The translations under genes and the position numbers were made by a program. Of a stretch of 64,000 bases of DNA, positions 36,014-44,990 are shown piece by piece; the first letter of the stretch is position 1, and every line of letters starts with the position of its first letter. The notes beneath the pieces were generated by a model. The model was not told the DNA's origin. It searched no databases and worked only from the letters and a program-made list of their open reading frames with translations. This DNA is from an uncultured Anaerolineales bacterium (lineage in GTDB: Bacteria; Chloroflexota; Anaerolineae; Anaerolineales; UBA11858): assembly GCA_964629085.1 (NCBI GenBank), contig CAZVPR010000016.1, positions 102 through 64,101 of the forward strand, in the 5' to 3' direction.

Positions 36014-36848
36014 ATGGTTTAATCGCCTAAATATTCAGAGCAAACTCTTTGGTATTATGAGTTTGATGATCTTCATCGGCGCGCTGATCACGATGTGGAA
36101 TGTGTACAGCATTGTTCGTATCGACATCGATACGGAGAAAATGGTGGTCGAAAACAAGTTGACCGAAGAAATAGAAGAAGCGCAAGCCTATTTCTTGATG
36201 ATGGAGCTGAACGAGAAGGATTTCCTACTCACCGGGGATGAGAAGTATGTGGATAAACACGAAGCCAACCGAACATTGGTTGATTTGTTTTTGCGAAACT
36301 CCTTGCTGGATGCGGAAACGATAGAAGAAAAAACTCAAATATATGATTTGCAGCGGGAGAAAGAGCGCTACGAGGAAATCTATACAGAGGTGGTAGAGGC
36401 CTATCGTCACGAAGATTTTCAGGAAGCCGTCCGGATTTCAGTCGAAGAGTCTGATGAAATCATCCAACAAGTACATCACGACATGGAGCATATCATCCAT
36501 GAGACTGTAGCCTTGCTGGAAGCGAATGCGCACGAGGCCGACCTATTGGCCCGCTGGTCCGTGATCATTGGCGCAGCTGGTCTGGTGATCTTTATTGTTT
36601 TAGCAGCTGTAGCTGCACTTATCACCATCCAGCAACTCAGCCGTCCTTTGTTATCTTTAGATCAGGCTATCGCGGCTATTGGACGAGGCGAATTCCAAGA
36701 GAATATGTTGGAGGGACTCATCCATCGTAATGACGAAGTTGGACAATTGGCTCGTGTCGTAGATGATTTGGATCAAACCATCCAGCAGCGTGAACGTGAG
36801 CTTCGCCAAGAGGCTGCCAGGATTCGAGCGGAAATTGAAGGGGAATAA
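36006..36848 (+). CDS. CHASE3-like plus HAMP membrane protein without output domain (second paralogue)
   Basis: MIKWFNRLNIQSKLFGIMSL, EEAQAYFLMMELNEKDFLLTGDEKYV, and HAMP EVGQLARVVDDLDQTI. ATG 36006 overlaps the upstream stop (ATGATTAA). Confidence 0.75.
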   Translation: MIKWFNRLNIQSKLFGIMSLMIFIGALITMWNVYSIVRIDIDTEKMVVENKLTEEIEEAQAYFLMMELNEKDFLLTGDEKYVDKHEANRTLVDLFLRNSLLDAETIEEKTQIYDLQREKERYEEIYTEVVEAYRHEDFQEAVRISVEESDEIIQQVHHDMEHIIHETVALLEANAHEADLLARWSVIIGAAGLVIFIVLAAVAALITIQQLSRPLLSLDQAIAAIGRGEFQENMLEGLIHRNDEVGQLARVVDDLDQTIQQRERELRQEAARIRAEIEGE

Positions 36849-37008
36849 ACGCGTTCAGTAGGGTCAGATGAGTAAATCGTGAAACAATAGCATCAAAAGA
36901 CGAAGGCCAGGCACATTCAAGGTGTCGGCACTTGATCGTCTCAAAAGCTATGGGGCGGGGATTTACCCTGCTTCAATGAATGAAAGCCCCTGGGGTCTGC
37001 GGGGCTCA

Positions 37009-37344
37009 TCACGGGAAAAAACTCTTTCGCGCGGTTTGGATCGCTTCACGATCAAGGCGACGAGTAGCAGTGCGTTCATCCTGGTAAAGATTCCAGGCGT
37101 ACAAGCGGAAGTTGGCGAAGATCCCTGGCTGGCGCTCAAATAACACTAATCCTTTATCACAGACCAGATGCCAGAGCAACCCTGGGGCACGGCGGAAATC
37201 TACCAGGTCGATATTCCTCAGTTGGATAATTTCCGAAAACTGACAGCTGAGTTCTAGATATTGATGCGTTGAAATGACCCCAGTAAGCTGCAATACACCA
37301 ATATCAGTAGCACTATCGGATTTGGCGATACCACTAATCTGCAC
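37009..37344 (-). pseudogene. N-terminally truncated MNT-type nucleotidyltransferase (antitoxin-like) fragment
   Basis: The C-terminal part IDLVDFRRAPGLLWHLVCDKGLVLFERQPGIFANFRLYAWNLYQDE matches minimal nucleotidyltransferases. The usual roughly 30-aa N-terminal helix and GS-x-AR-G motif are missing, and no HEPN partner gene is adjacent. Confidence 0.45.
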
Positions 37345-37441
37345 TCATTCGAGATTAACATACATTATTGAATATCGACATAGCAGATGTTAGAACTCAA
37401 TACTATAATTGCTTGAGAAGTTGGCTGCATTTGTATCTATC

Positions 37442-38260
37442 ATGCGCACTATGACTGAGCAAACAACCGATAGTCACCGAATATCAAACATATCGCCCAA
37501 ACTGTGGATTTACACTAATTTCGACTGTAACTTGAAATGCAGTTACTGTGTGGCAGAATCCACACCAACGGCGGACCGACGCGCCCTGAGTGTGGAAGAT
37601 GTACAGCAGATCATTGATGAAGCCGTTGCATTGGGTTTCGAGAAGGTGTTTTTCACTGGGGGTGAGCCTTTCATCTTGAATGAAATCTACGCGATGCTGG
37701 ATTATGCCGCACAACGCATGCCCACCACCGTGCTGACCAATGCCATGCTCTGCAAGGGAAAACGCCTTGAGCGATTAAAGGAAATTGCCAATCCTAAATT
37801 GAGCGTGCAAGTCAGCCTGGATGGAGGTAGCTCTGAAGCCCACGATCCCTATCGCGGTGATGGCACCTGGCAGAAAACAGTAGATGGTATTCACGCTTTA
37901 TTGTCCAATGACTTCCAGGTTTCTATCAGTACTACCGAGACGAAAGCGAACTCAGATCGACTGGATGAATTGCATGCTTTTCGACGGGATTTGGGCATCG
38001 CTGATGACGATCATTTTGTGCGCCCGATGGCAAAACGAGGCTTTGCTGATGAAGGGGTAGCTGTGAGTGTGAACACGCTTGTGCCCGAAATGACCATCAC
38101 GGCTTATGGTGTTTATTGGCATCCTTTGGTTTCCCCCAGTGACAGCGATATGCGCGTCAGTGAAGAAGTATTTCCACTTGCGGCGGCCGTTCAATGCATC
38201 GAGCAGCGTATGCGTGACGTCGAAGTCGGCCAGGCCGATGAGCGCGCTGAATTCACTTGA
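37442..38260 (+). CDS. Radical SAM protein (no SPASM Cys cluster)
   Basis: YTNFDCNLKCSYCVAES (CxxxCxxC), FFTGGEPF, and VSLDGGSSEAHDPYRG. The start is uncertain (ATG 37442 or 37451; the track TTG 37409 overlaps a TATAAT at 37404-37409). Confidence 0.75.
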   Translation: MRTMTEQTTDSHRISNISPKLWIYTNFDCNLKCSYCVAESTPTADRRALSVEDVQQIIDEAVALGFEKVFFTGGEPFILNEIYAMLDYAAQRMPTTVLTNAMLCKGKRLERLKEIANPKLSVQVSLDGGSSEAHDPYRGDGTWQKTVDGIHALLSNDFQVSISTTETKANSDRLDELHAFRRDLGIADDDHFVRPMAKRGFADEGVAVSVNTLVPEMTITAYGVYWHPLVSPSDSDMRVSEEVFPLAAAVQCIEQRMRDVEVGQADERAEFT

Positions 38261-38379
38261 GGCAAATAATGACTCTCGTGTGGAGTTCAACCAACTAGCA
38301 TCATCCAATCCCTTTCCCAGAAATCGGTAAGGGATTTTTAGTTCACGCAAATGTACTTCTCGATGCTATAATTTCGGAC

Positions 38380-39741
38380 ATGAAATATCATATTTGGACT
38401 GCTGGATGTCAGATGAATGTGGCCGACTCGCGTCGAGTAGCGGCTGCCCTGGAAGATCAGGGCTATGCTCCCACCCGAGTTGCCGAAGAAGCTGATGTCA
38501 TTGTTTTGAATACTTGTGTGGTACGCCAGAGCGCTGAGGATAAAGCCTATGGCCGCTTGAATTCGCTCAAACCGGTCAAGCAGAATCGCCCCGAGACGGT
38601 GATCAATTTGATGGGCTGTTTGGTGGGTGTCAAAGGGCATGAGAAATTGCAAAAAACCTTCCCCATGGTGGATGTCTTCTCACCGCCCTCCGACCCAGGG
38701 CCGTTGATCGCCCATCTCACTCAGGATGACAGCAAAGCCTTGGAAGATGCCGCTACTTCGCGTCGTTTTGCCTTCATGGATGGCGAGTTAACCTTGCCTG
38801 AGGATGAACGCGGCAATCTGGTTTCGGCTTTTGTACCCGTTGTTTTAGGCTGTTCCCACGCTTGTACGTTTTGCATTATCCCCTACAAGCGCGGCATCGA
38901 GCGCAGCCGCCCGGTGGGTGATATTGTCGCCGAGGTGCGTTCATTGGTTGACCAACGCGTCAAAGAAATTACTCTGTTGGGTCAGATCGTCGATCGCTAC
39001 GGCAAGGATATCCCCGATGGGCCCAACCTGGCGCAGCTAATTCGCGTCATTCACGATGTCGAGGGCCTGGAGCGCATCCGTTTCCTGACCTCACACCCAA
39101 ACTGGATGACGACCGAGTTGCTCGATACCGTGGCCGAACTGCCCAAAGTGATGCCGCACATCGAGGTACCAGTGCAAGCTGGCGATGACGAAGTCCTCCG
39201 AAATATGAAGCGTGAATATTCCGCAGAAGATTATCGCCGCCTTATCGCCGAAATTCGAGCGCGAATTCCCAATGTATCCATTGCGACCGATATCATTGTC
39301 GGTTTCCCTGGCGAAACGGAAGCTCAATTCCAGGCCACGTACGATCTCATGGCCGAACTCAAAATGGATGTCGCTCATCTGGCGCGCTATTCTACCCGGC
39401 CGGGTACGGTAGCAGCCCGGCGCATGCCCGATGATGTGCCCGAAGATGAGAAGATGCGCCGCTTCCGCTTGTTGGAAGAATTGCAGGAAAGTATTGCCAC
39501 AGAGATCAACGCCCATTACTTAGGGGAAGATGTTGAAGTTCTCTTTGAAGAAAAAGTGCGCGGTCGCTGGCGAGGGCGCACCCCGACCAACAAATTAGTA
39601 TTTGTTGAAACGGATCAAGATTTATTAGGAGAATTGTTGCCCGTTACTATTACCTGGACAGGACCCTGGTCGATGCAGGGCAGACTGCCGCAGTTCGCGC
39701 GGGGCGCGATACCTTTGAAGCTGGCAGCCAGCCCGGAGTGA
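38380..39741 (+). CDS. miaB: tRNA-i6A37 methylthiotransferase MiaB
   Basis: MKYHIWTAGCQMNVADS (UPF0004 domain), the radical SAM motif GCSHACTFCIIPYKRG, and a C-terminal TRAM domain. Length 453 aa. Confidence 0.9.
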   Translation: MKYHIWTAGCQMNVADSRRVAAALEDQGYAPTRVAEEADVIVLNTCVVRQSAEDKAYGRLNSLKPVKQNRPETVINLMGCLVGVKGHEKLQKTFPMVDVFSPPSDPGPLIAHLTQDDSKALEDAATSRRFAFMDGELTLPEDERGNLVSAFVPVVLGCSHACTFCIIPYKRGIERSRPVGDIVAEVRSLVDQRVKEITLLGQIVDRYGKDIPDGPNLAQLIRVIHDVEGLERIRFLTSHPNWMTTELLDTVAELPKVMPHIEVPVQAGDDEVLRNMKREYSAEDYRRLIAEIRARIPNVSIATDIIVGFPGETEAQFQATYDLMAELKMDVAHLARYSTRPGTVAARRMPDDVPEDEKMRRFRLLEELQESIATEINAHYLGEDVEVLFEEKVRGRWRGRTPTNKLVFVETDQDLLGELLPVTITWTGPWSMQGRLPQFARGAIPLKLAASPE

Positions 39742-39853
39742 TTTCAGAAAAGAAACCTGGTTTCTCAGATATAGTTGCAAACCTTAGAAACTCGTTGTAC
39801 ACTGTTGTTTAGCCAATCCCCAAAACAGCGATTTGTCCGTGAGGAGGTGCAAG

Positions 39854-41065
39854 GTGTCTCGAAAATTGCTTCTTTCTTTCGTGTTGATAATTGCGGTTCT
39901 CATCCTTGGAGCCTGCAATATGCCCAGCAAAGCAGTATCCACTGAGCAGAGTCCCGGCATGATCCATACAGTAGCCGCCCAAACGGTGGCTGCACAGATG
40001 ACACAATCCGCCTCCGGGGCGCAATCTTCACAACAGGAACAGCAGCCTCCCCAACAGGATAATCAGGCACAAGCCCCCCCCAGCGCTACGCCTGTGCCTC
40101 CATCAGCAACCCCAATCCCTCCCACCAATTCGCCTGTTCCTCCTCCAACCAATACACCTATTCCGTGCGATCATGTCGATTTTGGCAATCCTATCGATGT
40201 TACTATCCCCGATGGGACCGACCTCGCTCCAGGGGCATCCTTCAAGAAAATTTGGCGTTTGAAGAATGGCGGCTCCTGCACCTGGACTTCGGGTTATCAA
40301 TTGGTGTTTGTTTCTGGTGACAATTTGAGTGCGCCGGCTACCCTCCAATTGACCTCGGGTACTGTTGTCCCAGGTCAGGAGATTGACGTTGCCGTTGATT
40401 TGGTAGCGCCCAATAGCGGCGGTACCTACCGCGGTTATTTCAAACTGCGCAATCCCAGCGGCGTACTTTTCGGCTTTGGTGATAATAATGATAAATCCTT
40501 CTGGGTCGAGATCGAAGTGATCGAACAGACTGGTTTGTTGTATGACTTCATCGCAAACGCAAAGAATGCAGACTGGGGCACAGGTACAACGCCGGTTGAC
40601 TTCCCTAATTTGGGTGATACCAATATTAGCTATGGTGGGCCAGACAATGATGCGAATGGTTTTGTAATGGTCAAAGACCTCCAGACTTTAGAGGGCGGTA
40701 CAACGTCAGGTAAGATCCTGGAGACGCATCCGAAATGGGTCAACGATGGCTACATCATTGGCCGGTATCCGCTTTACACCGTTGGAACGGGCGATTTCAT
40801 TCGCGCCAAGATTGGCTTTATTGCTGCGGGTGGTTGTGGTGCCGGGGACGCAATTTTTAAGATCTACTACACCATTGGCAATGATATCGGCACGCTCAAT
40901 CAACTGGCATCCTGGAACGAAACCTGCGATGGTTCAATGCACAAGGTAACGGCCAGTCTGGGCGCGCTGAGCGGCAAATCGATCCGAATTTATCTGGTTG
41001 TGTTAGCCAATGGCTCCTCTGGGCAAGATTGGGCTGTCTGGGATTCGTTAGGCATTTTCCGGTAA
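39854..41065 (+). CDS. Lipoprotein with NBR1-like Ig domain
   Basis: GTG 39854 lies 7 nt after GAGGAGG. The lipobox is VLILGAC, followed by a PT-rich linker. IPDGTDLAPGASFKKIWRLKNGGSCTWTSGYQLVFVSGD...GGTYRGYFKLRNPSGVLFG matches the NBR1-type Ig fold. Confidence 0.7.
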   Translation: MSRKLLLSFVLIIAVLILGACNMPSKAVSTEQSPGMIHTVAAQTVAAQMTQSASGAQSSQQEQQPPQQDNQAQAPPSATPVPPSATPIPPTNSPVPPPTNTPIPCDHVDFGNPIDVTIPDGTDLAPGASFKKIWRLKNGGSCTWTSGYQLVFVSGDNLSAPATLQLTSGTVVPGQEIDVAVDLVAPNSGGTYRGYFKLRNPSGVLFGFGDNNDKSFWVEIEVIEQTGLLYDFIANAKNADWGTGTTPVDFPNLGDTNISYGGPDNDANGFVMVKDLQTLEGGTTSGKILETHPKWVNDGYIIGRYPLYTVGTGDFIRAKIGFIAAGGCGAGDAIFKIYYTIGNDIGTLNQLASWNETCDGSMHKVTASLGALSGKSIRIYLVVLANGSSGQDWAVWDSLGIFR

Positions 41066-41148
41066 CATTTGATTGCAGATGATTCGCTTACCCATGGAAA
41101 ATACGGTAGAATCGAAGTTCGTTTGTTCATGAAACCAAGGGAGAACCT

Positions 41149-41934
41149 ATGTCTAGACAAGAATCTCCACAAGATGTAATTAATGCCTATCGCAGGCGTC
41201 AACGGCGCTCGCAACGCACCCCCAGGATCATCTTTGCTTTTGCATTGATCCTGTTGATTGCAGGAGCGGGATTAATCATATTCTGGTTTATGGGTGCTGA
41301 AACCCCGGAATTGGATATTGTCTCCATATTTGCATCAGAGACACCTACGCCAACGGAAACTTTCACGCCAACGCCAGTTCCCCCCACGCTTACACCGAGC
41401 CAGACTCCCACCGAGTTGCCGCCTACAAACACGCCAGAACCGACCGCAACACAAACGCCCTCGGGCCCGGTGATCTATGTTGTCGAGGAAGGTGACAACT
41501 TCTATGCGATCGCGGAGAAATTTGGGATTGATTTCCTGGTATTGTTTGAGGCCAATCGGGAGCGCCTGGAACTTGACCCGGCCAATCCTATTATCAAAGT
41601 GGGCGATGAACTGTTAGTTCCCCCGCCGGGGACAGAGTTACCAACACCAACGCTATTGCCAGATAACGTGCCGCCAGGAACGCCCATTGAGTATGTCGTT
41701 CAACCCGGCGATTCGTTGGGATTGATTGCGCAGAATTTCAACAGCACTACTGAGGACATTGTCAATCGTAATGAGGAACTGGAAGAAGATCCCAACGCGC
41801 TCTATGTGGGTCAAATCCTGACCATCCGTGTAAATCTGGTAACCCCTGTACCAACGGTTCCTGAAGATCAATCGGAAGAAGCCGAGGCCGAAGTGACTCC
41901 GGGTTCCATTTCTACCTTGACGCCTACGCCTTAG
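41149..41934 (+). CDS. Membrane-anchored protein with two LysM domains
   Basis: N-terminal TM followed by a PT-rich linker. The LysM motifs are YVVEEGDNFYAIAEKFGIDFLVLFEAN and YVVQPGDSLGLIAQNFNSTTEDIVNRN. Confidence 0.8.
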   Translation: MSRQESPQDVINAYRRRQRRSQRTPRIIFAFALILLIAGAGLIIFWFMGAETPELDIVSIFASETPTPTETFTPTPVPPTLTPSQTPTELPPTNTPEPTATQTPSGPVIYVVEEGDNFYAIAEKFGIDFLVLFEANRERLELDPANPIIKVGDELLVPPPGTELPTPTLLPDNVPPGTPIEYVVQPGDSLGLIAQNFNSTTEDIVNRNEELEEDPNALYVGQILTIRVNLVTPVPTVPEDQSEEAEAEVTPGSISTLTPTP

Positions 41935-41963
41935 ATGGCTCTCGGATTTTAGACTAAAATCAA

Positions 41964-41994
41964 GTGAGGACGCGATTTCGTTGTCCTCACTTTT
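41964..41994 (+). terminator. Rho-independent terminator after the LysM gene
   Basis: GTGAGGAC-11 nt-GTCCTCAC followed directly by TTTT, about 30 nt after the stop. Confidence 0.7.
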
Positions 41995-42011
41995 GAATCA
42001 CCAGAAAGGAT

Positions 42012-42455
42012 ATGAAAACATCATCACCCTGTCCCGATAGCGAGAAAGATTGGCTGGATTGCCTGAAAGCCAGCGGATATCGCCTGACCAGTTCTCGTCG
42101 GGCGGTTGTCGAAACACTGGCCAAAAGCCAGCGCGCCCTCAATGCGACGGAAATATTCGAATTAGCACGGGAAAAGTATCCACGCTTGGGATTGGTCAGC
42201 GTATATCGCACATTAGAAAAATTAGAACAGCTTGACCTGATCCAGCGAGTCCATCATCCCGACGGGTGCCAGGCTTTCATCGCCGGGTTTACCGGCCATC
42301 AGCATCTTTTGATTTGTCGAAATTGCGGGCAAACCGAATTTTTTGAGGGGGATAACCTGGAATCGTTGTTTGTGCGTGTGGCTGAGGAAAGTGGATATAA
42401 GATACAGGAGCATTGGTTGCAACTTTTTGGTGTTTGCGCGACTTGCCTGGGGTAA
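42012..42455 (+). CDS. Fur family transcriptional regulator (Zur/Fur-like)
   Basis: The winged-helix region RLTSSRRAVVETLAKSQRALNATEIFE and paired CxxC motifs (CRNCG, CATC). Length 147 aa. Confidence 0.8.
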   Translation: MKTSSPCPDSEKDWLDCLKASGYRLTSSRRAVVETLAKSQRALNATEIFELAREKYPRLGLVSVYRTLEKLEQLDLIQRVHHPDGCQAFIAGFTGHQHLLICRNCGQTEFFEGDNLESLFVRVAEESGYKIQEHWLQLFGVCATCLG

Positions 42456-42560
42456 TTTGACCGTAAGTTATATCCAATTTTCACAGTAAAGATCGCAAAG
42501 AGTTTGTAATGTTTGTCTGCGGATAACCTGCTTACAGTTTATGGAAAACTCTTTTTTAGA

Positions 42561-42616
42561 CACGGATTTTCGCAGATTTACATGGATTTTTTGTGGAATC
42601 AAAGGCATAATCCGTG
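42561..42616. repeat. 10-nt phased short repeats (unit ATCYGYG read on the minus strand), plus an inverted copy
   Basis: CACGGAT (42561), CGCAGAT (42571) and CATGGAT (42581) are spaced exactly 10 nt apart. ATCCGTG lies in inverted orientation at 42610. The unit is the same as at 52654..52700. Confidence 0.6.
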
Positions 42617-42763
42617 TGCGCCGAGCTACAGGCACACCTTCGGTGGGCGCGCCCGTGGCGTGCCTCTGACAACGCCCTCAGCATGACAACTTCGAACTTT
42701 AGGAAAGCCCGGAGAATTCCTGTCTCAGCTATTGACCAAGGCATTCGTCTAATATATAATTTT

Positions 42764-42789
42764 CCTTATTGCAAATCTTCGCAATAAGG
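42764..42789. promoter_or_regulatory. Palindromic operator candidate upstream of the second Fur-family gene / cbiMQO operon
   Basis: CCTTATTGC-8 nt-GCAATAAGG (9-bp arms) lies between a TAATATATAAT -10-like element and ATG 42798. It contains the hexamers TTGCAA and TCGCAA, and its right arm overlaps the AAGGA RBS. Confidence 0.55.
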
Positions 42790-42797
42790 ATTTTTTT

Positions 42798-43226
42798 ATG
42801 TCACCTTGTCTAACGTTTGCTGAGAATTTACGCCAACGGGGCTATCGCATAACTCCCCAGCGAGAGATGATCATCGAAACCATCGCCCACAGTGAAAAGC
42901 ATATGTCTGCGGAAGAAATTTTTTCCGAAGTGCAGAAACGAACCCAGGTTACCAATATCGCCACAGTTTACCGTACGCTGGAAATGCTATGGGAAGAAGG
43001 CCTGGCTTGTCGCAACGATTTGGGTGAAGGTCGCACCGTGTACGCTGCCTTACAGCACGGGCCGCACATTCACCTGGTATGCCGTTGTTGCAGCCACGTC
43101 ATCGATGCTGATCCCGAGATGTTAATTCCGTTGGGAGAAGAGCTTCACTCAGCGTACAATTTCGCAGCCGATTTACAGCATCTCTCCATTTTTGGTGTCT
43201 GCCCCGAATGTCAATCAAGCCAGTAA
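42798..43226 (+). CDS. Fur family transcriptional regulator (second paralogue, possibly Ni/Co-responsive)
   Basis: RITPQREMIIETIAHSEKHMSAEEIF, CRCC...H, and CPEC. It lies 15 nt upstream of cbiM. Confidence 0.8.
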   Translation: MSPCLTFAENLRQRGYRITPQREMIIETIAHSEKHMSAEEIFSEVQKRTQVTNIATVYRTLEMLWEEGLACRNDLGEGRTVYAALQHGPHIHLVCRCCSHVIDADPEMLIPLGEELHSAYNFAADLQHLSIFGVCPECQSSQ

Positions 43227-43241
43227 TTTTGGAGAGGAAAT

Positions 43242-44177
43242 ATGTTGTATTCTCCCGTTCCCCTACATATTCCGGATGGATTTCTGACCATTATCGTTTC
43301 TCTCATATTTTGGACGGCCACCGTAATAATGGTTGGCCTGGCAATCTCCAAGACTAATAAATCACTGGGAGAAAAACAGGTTCCGCTGATGGGCATAATG
43401 GCAGCCTTTATTTTCGCCGCTCAAATGCTCAATTTTCCTGTGGCGGGCGGAACATCGGGGCATTTCTTAGGTGGTGCCTTGGCTGCGATTGTATTAGGTC
43501 CTTGGGCAGGTATTTTGGTAATGACCGCGGTGGTTGGCGTGCAGGCTTTGCTCTTTCAGGATGGCGGCCTGCTGGTCATGGGCGCAAATATTTTCAATAT
43601 GGGCATCATTACGGCTGTGATCGGGTTTGGTCTCTATCGAATGGTAATAGGTCGCCGGAAAGGCTTTCGGTTGGCAGTAGCTGGTTTGTCTGCCTGGTTG
43701 GCAACTGTAGCTGCCGCTTTGCTCACCTCGCTGCAACTCTGGTTGAGTGGTACGACCCGCCTTGAGATCGTTGTACCAACCATGTTGGGTGTTCACGCCC
43801 TGATCGGTATCGGTGAAGCCCTCATTACAGTGGCAGCCTTGACGTTTGTTGAGCAATTACGGCCAGACCTTCTGGGAGACGACCAGACGAATTCCAATGG
43901 TGGGCGCGTCTGGATTGCTGCTGGTATTGTCATATCGCTGTTAGCCGTGTTGATTTCCCCGTTAGCATCAGGAAATCCAGACGGATTAGAGCGTGTTGCC
44001 GAAAACCTTGGATTTTTGTCAGCAGGCCAAACCTCGCCCTTCGAAATTTTGCCGGATTACACGCTCCCATTTCTCGGAGAAACTGCCCTTTCTACGATAT
44101 TCGCCGGGATGGTTGGAGCCCTGGTTCTTTTGGGATTGTTAATTTTGATTGGACGCAACCTGCGCGATAATCATTAG
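43242..44177 (+). CDS. cbiM: ECF transporter substrate-capture component CbiM/NikM fused to a PDGLE domain
   Basis: The HIPDGFL motif lies near the N-terminus, followed by multiple TMs. The C-terminal ASGNPDGLERVAENLGF is a PDGLE-type segment with a final TM. Length 311 aa. Confidence 0.8.
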   Translation: MLYSPVPLHIPDGFLTIIVSLIFWTATVIMVGLAISKTNKSLGEKQVPLMGIMAAFIFAAQMLNFPVAGGTSGHFLGGALAAIVLGPWAGILVMTAVVGVQALLFQDGGLLVMGANIFNMGIITAVIGFGLYRMVIGRRKGFRLAVAGLSAWLATVAAALLTSLQLWLSGTTRLEIVVPTMLGVHALIGIGEALITVAALTFVEQLRPDLLGDDQTNSNGGRVWIAAGIVISLLAVLISPLASGNPDGLERVAENLGFLSAGQTSPFEILPDYTLPFLGETALSTIFAGMVGALVLLGLLILIGRNLRDNH

Positions 44178-44195
44178 CCAGTTTCCACTCAAACT

Positions 44196-44990
44196 ATGCA
44201 CATCAATGCCTTCGATCACTACCATTTTCATGAAAGCCGCATCCATAGCCTGGACCCGCGCGTCAAGGTGCTTGTGACTTTAGCTTTCATCTTTTCGAAC
44301 GCTCTGCTGCCCGATGGTAGCTGGCTGGCTTTTTCAGTGGCCTGGCTGGTATTGTTGTTGGCGAATGATCTTTCACGATTAGGATTGGGATTCACTTTTA
44401 AACGCTCGTTCATTGTATTGCCTTTCGTATTGGTGGCGATAACGGCGATTTTCTCGCCTTTGGGGAATCCGCTTGTTGAGTGGGATCTGGGTTTTATCAC
44501 TTTGATTCCCACTGATTTTGGCGTGGTGCGCTTTTTCAGCATTCTCTTGCGCTCGTGGCTATCCGTGCAAATGGCCATTTTGCTGGTGGCTACCACTCAA
44601 TTCCCAGACCTGATCCATGCCTTTGAGCACCTGCGTCTGCCGCGAGTATTGACCACGATCATCGCATTTTTGTACCGTTATCTCTTCGTTCTGACTGATG
44701 AAGCCCTGCGCTTAATTCGTGCCCGGGAAGCTCGCAGTGCAGGCTGGCCAGGCATCAAACGCGGCGGCAATTTGCTCTGGCGTGCTAAAGTGACCGGCAG
44801 CATGGCGGGTCAATTGTTCCTGCGCAGCTATGAGCGCTCAGATCGCATTTATAATGCCATGCTGGCGCGCGGCTATACCGGTCACCTGCGCACGTTGAAT
44901 CCTCACACTATGACCCGTGTCGACTGGATGCTATTGATTCTATTTTTCTTTGTACTGGCTTTTATTCAATTATTGGGTTGGGTGCGTTAA
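44196..44990 (+). CDS. cbiQ: ECF transporter transmembrane (T) component CbiQ
   Basis: 264 aa with 5-6 TM and the conserved cytoplasmic ARxxR-type region (IRAREARSAG...MLARGY). It lies between cbiM and cbiO. Confidence 0.8.
   Translation: MHINAFDHYHFHESRIHSLDPRVKVLVTLAFIFSNALLPDGSWLAFSVAWLVLLLANDLSRLGLGFTFKRSFIVLPFVLVAITAIFSPLGNPLVEWDLGFITLIPTDFGVVRFFSILLRSWLSVQMAILLVATTQFPDLIHAFEHLRLPRVLTTIIAFLYRYLFVLTDEALRLIRAREARSAGWPGIKRGGNLLWRAKVTGSMAGQLFLRSYERSDRIYNAMLARGYTGHLRTLNPHTMTRVDWMLLILFFFVLAFIQLLGWVR

Noticed and set aside
37442-38260. The radical SAM protein as a prokaryotic viperin.
   Set aside because: Its motifs (VSLDGGSSEAHDPYRG, TNAM) resemble generic MoaA/maturase-like radical SAM enzymes rather than the viperin core as I recall it. 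There is no nucleotide kinase partner.
42556-42744. A 62-aa minus-strand ORF ending ...KNPCKSAKIRV.
   Set aside because: It is a translation of the phased-repeat and GC-rich intergenic elements, a typical spurious ORF over repeat DNA.
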